Positions 57,801 to 64,000 of a DNA stretch of 64,000 bases are shown here, piece by piece (within the stretch, counting starts at the first letter, position 1; every line of letters begins with the position of its first letter). This stretch comes from Escherichia phage T4: the sequence record NC_000866.4, one strand, 5' to 3'. Both the position numbers and the translations under genes were made by a program. The notes below the pieces were generated by a model. That model was given only the letters and a program-made list of their open reading frames with translations. It did no database searches and was not told the DNA's origin.

Positions 57801-58678
57801 ATTCTCAACGTAATAAAGACGGTAATATAGCGTTTAACATTAATGGTACTGTAATGCCAATAAACATTAATGCTTCCGGTTTGATGAATGTGAATGGCAC
57901 TGCAACATTCGGTCGTTCAGTTACAGCCAATGGTGAATTCATCAGCAAGTCTGCAAATGCTTTTAGAGCAATAAACGGTGATTACGGATTCTTTATTCGT
58001 AATGATGCCTCTAATACCTATTTTTTGCTCACTGCAGCCGGTGATCAGACTGGTGGTTTTAATGGATTACGCCCATTATTAATTAATAATCAATCCGGTC
58101 AGATTACAATTGGTGAAGGCTTAATCATTGCCAAAGGTGTTACTATAAATTCAGGCGGTTTAACTGTTAACTCGAGAATTCGTTCTCAGGGTACTAAAAC
58201 ATCTGATTTATATACCCGTGCGCCAACATCTGATACTGTAGGATTCTGGTCAATCGATATTAATGATTCAGCCACTTATAACCAGTTCCCGGGTTATTTT
58301 AAAATGGTTGAAAAAACTAATGAAGTGACTGGGCTTCCATACTTAGAACGTGGCGAAGAAGTTAAATCTCCTGGTACACTGACTCAGTTTGGTAACACAC
58401 TTGATTCGCTTTACCAAGATTGGATTACTTATCCAACGACGCCAGAAGCGCGTACCACTCGCTGGACACGTACATGGCAGAAAACCAAAAACTCTTGGTC
58501 AAGTTTTGTTCAGGTATTTGACGGAGGTAACCCTCCTCAACCATCTGATATCGGTGCTTTACCATCTGATAATGCTACAATGGGGAATCTTACTATTCGT
58601 GATTTCTTGCGAATTGGTAATGTTCGCATTGTTCCTGACCCAGTGAATAAAACGGTTAAATTTGAATGGGTTGAATAA
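54809..58678 (+). CDS. 34: Long tail fibre proximal subunit
   Basis: 1289-aa ORF with internal repeats; TATAAATA at 54767-54774; T4 gp34 length. Confidence 0.96.
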   Translation: MAEIKREFRAEDGLDAGGDKIINVALADRTVGTDGVNVDYLIQENTVQQYDPTRGYLKDFVIIYDNRFWAAINDIPKPAGAFNSGRWRALRTDANWITVSSGSYQLKSGEAISVNTAAGNDITFTLPSSPIDGDTIVLQDIGGKPGVNQVLIVAPVQSIVNFRGEQVRSVLMTHPKSQLVLIFSNRLWQMYVADYSREAIVVTPANTYQAQSNDFIVRRFTSAAPINVKLPRFANHGDIINFVDLDKLNPLYHTIVTTYDETTSVQEVGTHSIEGRTSIDGFLMFDDNEKLWRLFDGDSKARLRIITTNSNIRPNEEVMVFGANNGTTQTIELKLPTNISVGDTVKISMNYMRKGQTVKIKAADEDKIASSVQLLQFPKRSEYPPEAEWVTVQELVFNDETNYVPVLELAYIEDSDGKYWVVQQNVPTVERVDSLNDSTRARLGVIALATQAQANVDLENSPQKELAITPETLANRTATETRRGIARIATTAQVNQNTTFSFADDIIITPKKLNERTATETRRGVAEIATQQETNAGTDDTTIITPKKLQARQGSESLSGIVTFVSTAGATPASSRELNGTNVYNKNTDNLVVSPKALDQYKATPTQQGAVILAVESEVIAGQSQQGWANAVVTPETLHKKTSTDGRIGLIEIATQSEVNTGTDYTRAVTPKTLNDRRATESLSGIAEIATQVEFDAGVDDTRISTPLKIKTRFNSTDRTSVVALSGLVESGTLWDHYTLNILEANETQRGTLRVATQVEAAAGTLDNVLITPKKLLGTKSTEAQEGVIKVATQSETVTGTSANTAVSPKNLKWIAQSEPTWAATTAIRGFVKTSSGSITFVGNDTVGSTQDLELYEKNSYAVSPYELNRVLANYLPLKAKAADTNLLDGLDSSQFIRRDIAQTVNGSLTLTQQTNLSAPLVSSSTGEFGGSLAANRTFTIRNTGAPTSIVFEKGPASGANPAQSMSIRVWGNQFGGGSDTTRSTVFEVGDDTSHHFYSQRNKDGNIAFNINGTVMPININASGLMNVNGTATFGRSVTANGEFISKSANAFRAINGDYGFFIRNDASNTYFLLTAAGDQTGGFNGLRPLLINNQSGQITIGEGLIIAKGVTINSGGLTVNSRIRSQGTKTSDLYTRAPTSDTVGFWSIDINDSATYNQFPGYFKMVEKTNEVTGLPYLERGEEVKSPGTLTQFGNTLDSLYQDWITYPTTPEARTTRWTRTWQKTKNSWSSFVQVFDGGNPPQPSDIGALPSDNATMGNLTIRDFLRIGNVRIVPDPVNKTVKFEWVE

Positions 58679-58686
58679 GAGGTATT

Positions 58687-59805
58687 ATGGAAAAATTTAT
58701 GGCCGAGTTTGGACAAGGATATGTCCAAACGCCATTTTTATCGGAAAGTAATTCAGTAAGATATAAAATAAGTATAGCGGGTTCTTGCCCGCTTTCTACA
58801 GCAGGACCATCATATGTTAAATTTCAGGATAATCCTGTAGGAAGTCAAACATTTAGCGCAGGCCTCCATTTAAGAGTTTTTGACCCTTCCACCGGAGCAT
58901 TAGTTGATAGTAAGTCATATGCCTTTTCGACTTCAAATGATACTACATCAGCTGCTTTTGTTAGTTTCATGAATTCTTTGACGAATAATCGAATTGTTGC
59001 TATATTAACTAGTGGAAAGGTTAATTTTCCTCCTGAAGTAGTATCTTGGTTAAGAACCGCCGGAACGTCTGCCTTTCCATCTGATTCTATATTGTCAAGA
59101 TTTGACGTATCATATGCTGCTTTTTATACTTCTTCTAAAAGAGCTATCGCATTAGAGCATGTTAAACTGAGTAATAGAAAAAGCACAGATGATTATCAAA
59201 CTATTTTAGATGTTGTATTTGACAGTTTAGAAGATGTAGGGGCTACCGGGTTTCCAAGAGGAACGTATGAAAGTGTTGAGCAATTCATGTCGGCAGTTGG
59301 TGGAACTAATGACGAAATTGCGAGATTGCCAACTTCAGCTGCTATAAGTAAATTATCTGATTATAATTTAATTCCTGGAGATGTTCTTTATCTTAAAGCT
59401 CAGTTATATGCTGATGCTGATTTACTTGCTCTTGGAACTACAAATATATCTATCCGTTTTTATAATGCATCTAACGGATATATTTCTTCAACACAAGCTG
59501 AATTTACTGGGCAAGCTGGGTCATGGGAATTAAAGGAAGATTATGTAGTTGTTCCAGAAAACGCAGTAGGATTTACGATATACGCACAGAGAACTGCACA
59601 AGCTGGCCAAGGTGGCATGAGAAATTTAAGCTTTTCTGAAGTATCAAGAAATGGCGGCATTTCGAAACCTGCTGAATTTGGCGTCAATGGTATTCGTGTT
59701 AATTATATCTGCGAATCCGCTTCACCCCCGGATATAATGGTACTTCCTACGCAAGCATCGTCTAAAACTGGTAAAGTGTTTGGGCAAGAATTTAGAGAAG
59801 TTTAA
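58687..59805 (+). CDS. 35: Long tail fibre hinge connector
   Basis: 372-aa ORF; T4 gp35 length; terminator downstream. Confidence 0.93.
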   Translation: MEKFMAEFGQGYVQTPFLSESNSVRYKISIAGSCPLSTAGPSYVKFQDNPVGSQTFSAGLHLRVFDPSTGALVDSKSYAFSTSNDTTSAAFVSFMNSLTNNRIVAILTSGKVNFPPEVVSWLRTAGTSAFPSDSILSRFDVSYAAFYTSSKRAIALEHVKLSNRKSTDDYQTILDVVFDSLEDVGATGFPRGTYESVEQFMSAVGGTNDEIARLPTSAAISKLSDYNLIPGDVLYLKAQLYADADLLALGTTNISIRFYNASNGYISSTQAEFTGQAGSWELKEDYVVVPENAVGFTIYAQRTAQAGQGGMRNLSFSEVSRNGGISKPAEFGVNGIRVNYICESASPPDIMVLPTQASSKTGKVFGQEFREV

Positions 59806-59810
59806 ATTGA

Positions 59811-59834
59811 GGGACCCTTCGGGTTCCCTTTTTC
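59811..59834 (+). terminator. Terminator after gene 35
   Basis: GGGACCC-UUCG-GGUUCCC hairpin then TTTTTC, immediately upstream of the gene 36 late promoter. Confidence 0.8.
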
Positions 59835-59836
59835 TT

Positions 59837-59844
59837 TATAAATA
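59837..59844 (+). promoter_or_regulatory. Late promoter TATAAATA for gene 36
   Basis: Exact TATAAATA directly after the gene 35 terminator, 24 nt upstream of the gene 36 ATG. Confidence 0.7.
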
Positions 59845-59867
59845 CTATTCAAATAAAGGGGCATACA

Positions 59868-60533
59868 ATGGCTGATTTAAAAGTAGGTTCAACAACTGGA
59901 GGCTCTGTCATTTGGCATCAAGGAAATTTTCCATTGAATCCAGCCGGTGACGATGTACTCTATAAATCATTTAAAATATATTCAGAATATAACAAACCAC
60001 AAGCTGCTGATAACGATTTCGTTTCTAAAGCTAATGGTGGTACTTATGCATCAAAGGTAACATTTAACGCTGGCATTCAAGTCCCATATGCTCCAAACAT
60101 CATGAGCCCATGCGGGATTTATGGGGGTAACGGTGATGGTGCTACTTTTGATAAAGCAAATATCGATATTGTTTCATGGTATGGCGTAGGATTTAAATCG
60201 TCATTTGGTTCAACAGGCCGAACTGTTGTAATTAATACACGCAATGGTGATATTAACACAAAAGGTGTTGTGTCGGCAGCTGGTCAAGTAAGAAGTGGTG
60301 CGGCTGCTCCTATAGCAGCGAATGACCTTACTAGAAAGGACTATGTTGATGGAGCAATAAATACTGTTACTGCAAATGCAAACTCTAGGGTGCTACGGTC
60401 TGGTGACACCATGACAGGTAATTTAACAGCGCCAAACTTTTTCTCGCAGAATCCTGCATCTCAACCCTCACACGTTCCACGATTTGACCAAATCGTAATT
60501 AAGGATTCTGTTCAAGATTTCGGCTATTATTAA
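59868..60533 (+). CDS. 36: Long tail fibre distal subunit (small)
   Basis: 221-aa ORF; TATAAATA at 59837-59844; T4 gp36 length. Confidence 0.93.
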
Positions 60534-60541
60534 GAGGACTT

Positions 60542-63500
60542 ATGGCTACTTTAAAACAAATACAATTTAAAAGAAGCAAAATCGCAGGAACACGTCCTGC
60601 TGCTTCAGTATTAGCCGAAGGTGAATTGGCTATAAACTTAAAAGATAGAACAATTTTTACTAAAGATGATTCAGGAAATATCATCGATCTAGGTTTTGCT
60701 AAAGGCGGGCAAGTTGATGGCAACGTTACTATTAACGGACTTTTGAGATTAAATGGCGATTATGTACAAACAGGTGGAATGACTGTAAACGGACCCATTG
60801 GTTCTACTGATGGCGTCACTGGAAAAATTTTCAGATCTACACAGGGTTCATTTTATGCAAGAGCAACAAACGATACTTCAAATGCCCATTTATGGTTTGA
60901 AAATGCCGATGGCACTGAACGTGGCGTTATATATGCTCGCCCTCAAACTACAACTGACGGTGAAATACGCCTTAGGGTTAGACAAGGAACAGGAAGCACT
61001 GCCAACAGTGAATTCTATTTCCGCTCTATAAATGGAGGCGAATTTCAGGCTAACCGTATTTTAGCATCAGATTCGTTAGTAACAAAACGCATTGCGGTTG
61101 ATACCGTTATTCATGATGCCAAAGCATTTGGACAATATGATTCTCACTCTTTGGTTAATTATGTTTATCCTGGAACCGGTGAAACAAATGGTGTAAACTA
61201 TCTTCGTAAAGTTCGCGCTAAGTCCGGTGGTACAATTTATCATGAAATTGTTACTGCACAAACAGGCCTGGCTGATGAAGTTTCTTGGTGGTCTGGTGAT
61301 ACACCAGTATTTAAACTATACGGTATTCGTGACGATGGCAGAATGATTATCCGTAATAGCCTTGCATTAGGTACATTCACTACAAATTTCCCGTCTAGTG
61401 ATTATGGCAACGTCGGTGTAATGGGCGATAAGTATCTTGTTCTCGGCGACACTGTAACTGGCTTGTCATACAAAAAAACTGGTGTATTTGATCTAGTTGG
61501 CGGTGGATATTCTGTTGCTTCTATTACTCCTGACAGTTTCCGTAGTACTCGTAAAGGTATATTTGGTCGTTCTGAGGACCAAGGCGCAACTTGGATAATG
61601 CCTGGTACAAATGCTGCTCTCTTGTCTGTTCAAACACAAGCTGATAATAACAATGCTGGAGACGGACAAACCCATATCGGGTACAATGCTGGCGGTAAAA
61701 TGAACCACTATTTCCGTGGTACAGGTCAGATGAATATCAATACCCAACAAGGTATGGAAATTAACCCGGGTATTTTGAAATTGGTAACTGGCTCTAATAA
61801 TGTACAATTTTACGCTGACGGAACTATTTCTTCCATTCAACCTATTAAATTAGATAACGAGATATTTTTAACTAAATCTAATAATACTGCGGGTCTTAAA
61901 TTTGGAGCTCCTAGCCAAGTTGATGGCACAAGGACTATCCAATGGAACGGTGGTACTCGCGAAGGACAGAATAAAAACTATGTGATTATTAAAGCATGGG
62001 GTAACTCATTTAATGCCACTGGTGATAGATCTCGCGAAACGGTTTTCCAAGTATCAGATAGTCAAGGATATTATTTTTATGCTCATCGTAAAGCTCCAAC
62101 CGGCGACGAAACTATTGGACGTATTGAAGCTCAATTTGCTGGGGATGTTTATGCTAAAGGTATTATTGCCAACGGAAATTTTAGAGTTGTTGGGTCAAGC
62201 GCTTTAGCCGGCAATGTTACTATGTCTAACGGTTTGTTTGTCCAAGGTGGTTCTTCTATTACTGGACAAGTTAAAATTGGCGGAACAGCAAACGCACTGA
62301 GAATTTGGAACGCTGAATATGGTGCTATTTTCCGTCGTTCGGAAAGTAACTTTTATATTATTCCAACCAATCAAAATGAAGGAGAAAGTGGAGACATTCA
62401 CAGCTCTTTGAGACCTGTGAGAATAGGATTAAACGATGGCATGGTTGGGTTAGGAAGAGATTCTTTTATAGTAGATCAAAATAATGCTTTAACTACGATA
62501 AACAGTAACTCTCGCATTAATGCCAACTTTAGAATGCAATTGGGGCAGTCGGCATACATTGATGCAGAATGTACTGATGCTGTTCGCCCGGCGGGTGCAG
62601 GTTCATTTGCTTCCCAGAATAATGAAGACGTCCGTGCGCCGTTCTATATGAATATTGATAGAACTGATGCTAGTGCATATGTTCCTATTTTGAAACAACG
62701 TTATGTTCAAGGCAATGGCTGCTATTCATTAGGGACTTTAATTAATAATGGTAATTTCCGAGTTCATTACCATGGCGGCGGAGATAACGGTTCTACAGGT
62801 CCACAGACTGCTGATTTTGGATGGGAATTTATTAAAAACGGTGATTTTATTTCACCTCGCGATTTAATAGCAGGCAAAGTCAGATTTGATAGAACTGGTA
62901 ATATCACTGGTGGTTCTGGTAATTTTGCTAACTTAAACAGTACAATTGAATCACTTAAAACTGATATCATGTCGAGTTACCCAATTGGTGCTCCGATTCC
63001 TTGGCCGAGTGATTCAGTTCCTGCTGGATTTGCTTTGATGGAAGGTCAGACCTTTGATAAGTCCGCATATCCAAAGTTAGCTGTTGCATATCCTAGCGGT
63101 GTTATTCCAGATATGCGCGGGCAAACTATCAAGGGTAAACCAAGTGGTCGTGCTGTTTTGAGCGCTGAGGCAGATGGTGTTAAGGCTCATAGCCATAGTG
63201 CATCGGCTTCAAGTACTGACTTAGGTACTAAAACCACATCAAGCTTTGACTATGGTACGAAGGGAACTAACAGTACGGGTGGACACACTCACTCTGGTAG
63301 TGGTTCTACTAGCACAAATGGTGAGCACAGCCACTACATCGAGGCATGGAATGGTACTGGTGTAGGTGGTAATAAGATGTCATCATATGCCATATCATAC
63401 AGGGCGGGTGGGAGTAACACTAATGCAGCAGGGAACCACAGTCACACTTTCTCTTTTGGGACTAGCAGTGCTGGCGACCATTCCCACTCTGTAGGTATTG

Positions 63501-63622
63501 GTGCTCATACCCACACGGTAGCAATTGGATCACATGGTCATACTATCACTGTAAATAGTACAGGTAATACAGAAAACACGGTTAAAAACATTGCTTTTAA
63601 CTATATCGTTCGTTTAGCATAA
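60542..63622 (+). CDS. 37: Long tail fibre distal subunit / receptor-binding adhesin
   Basis: 1026-aa ORF with C-terminal His-x-His repeats; T4 gp37 length. Confidence 0.96.
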
Positions 63623-63651
63623 GGAGAGGGGCTTCGGCCCTTCTAAATATG
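63623..63651 (+). promoter_or_regulatory. Gene 38 translation initiation region with hairpin between SD and AUG
   Basis: GGAG is 22 nt upstream of the ATG; a GGGC-UUCG-GCCC tetraloop hairpin lies between them. Confidence 0.65.
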
Positions 63652-64000
63652 AAAATATATCATTATTATTTTGACACTAAAGAATTTTACAAAGAAGAAA
63701 ATTACAAACCGGTTAAAGGCCTCGGTCTTCCTGCTCATTCAACAATTAAAAAACCTTTAGAACCTAAAGAAGGATACGCGGTTGTATTTGATGAACGTAC
63801 TCAGGATTGGATTTATGAAGAAGACCATCGCGGAAAACGCGCATGGACTTTTAATAAAGAAGAAATTTTTATAAGTGACATTGGAAGCCCGGTTGGTATA
63901 ACTTTCGATGAGCCCGGCGAATTTGATATATGGACTGATGACGGTTGGAAAGAAGACGAAACATATAAGCGAGTTTTAATTCGTAATAGAAAAATTGAAG
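63649..64000 (+). CDS. 38: Tail fibre assembly chaperone, 5' partial
   Basis: ATG at 63649 opens MKIYHYYFDTKEFYKEENYKPVKG..., recognised as the T4 gp38 N-terminus; runs off the window edge. Confidence 0.88.
   Translation, partial: MKIYHYYFDTKEFYKEENYKPVKGLGLPAHSTIKKPLEPKEGYAVVFDERTQDWIYEEDHRGKRAWTFNKEEIFISDIGSPVGITFDEPGEFDIWTDDGWKEDETYKRVLIRNRKIE

Overview
This window is collinear, gene for gene, with Escherichia phage T4 from the 3' end of gene 15 through the start of gene 38; I found no foreign insertion and no undescribed system. The identification rests on recognising the protein sequences from memory (gp23, gp32, I-TevI, Alt and others), not on a database search. The plus strand carries the late structural operons: terminase 16/17, tail sheath and tube 18/19, portal 20, head genes 67-68-21-22-23-24, baseplate 51-27-28-29-48-54, and long tail fibre 34-35-36-37-38. 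The minus strand carries rnlB, hoc, inh, uvsY, baseplate 25/26 and a long early/middle block running alt, 30, rIII, 31, cd, pseT, alc, rnlA, denA, nrdB, nrdA, td, frd, 32, 59, 33, dsbA, rnh. Mobile elements are two group I introns (td with intact I-TevI, nrdB with a truncated I-TevIII remnant) and three free-standing GIY-YIG genes (segD, segE, segG). Regulatory signals readable in the sequence include TATAAATA late promoters, sigma70-like early promoters, MotA-type middle promoters, tetraloop hairpin terminators, the gene 32 translational operator and the gene 38 SD-hairpin-AUG. The observations most worth a second look are a NADAR-like protein and a HAD-like protein among the small ORFs after gene 30, a tandem duplicated and frameshifted copy of the alt N-terminus, and a near-identical 52-bp promoter-leader cassette present twice about 13 kb apart. 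Caveats: the ORF track uses TTG/GTG as well as ATG starts, so several starts were moved to the first ATG; regulatory coordinates are approximate (about 2 nt); decimal gene names are assigned by position only.
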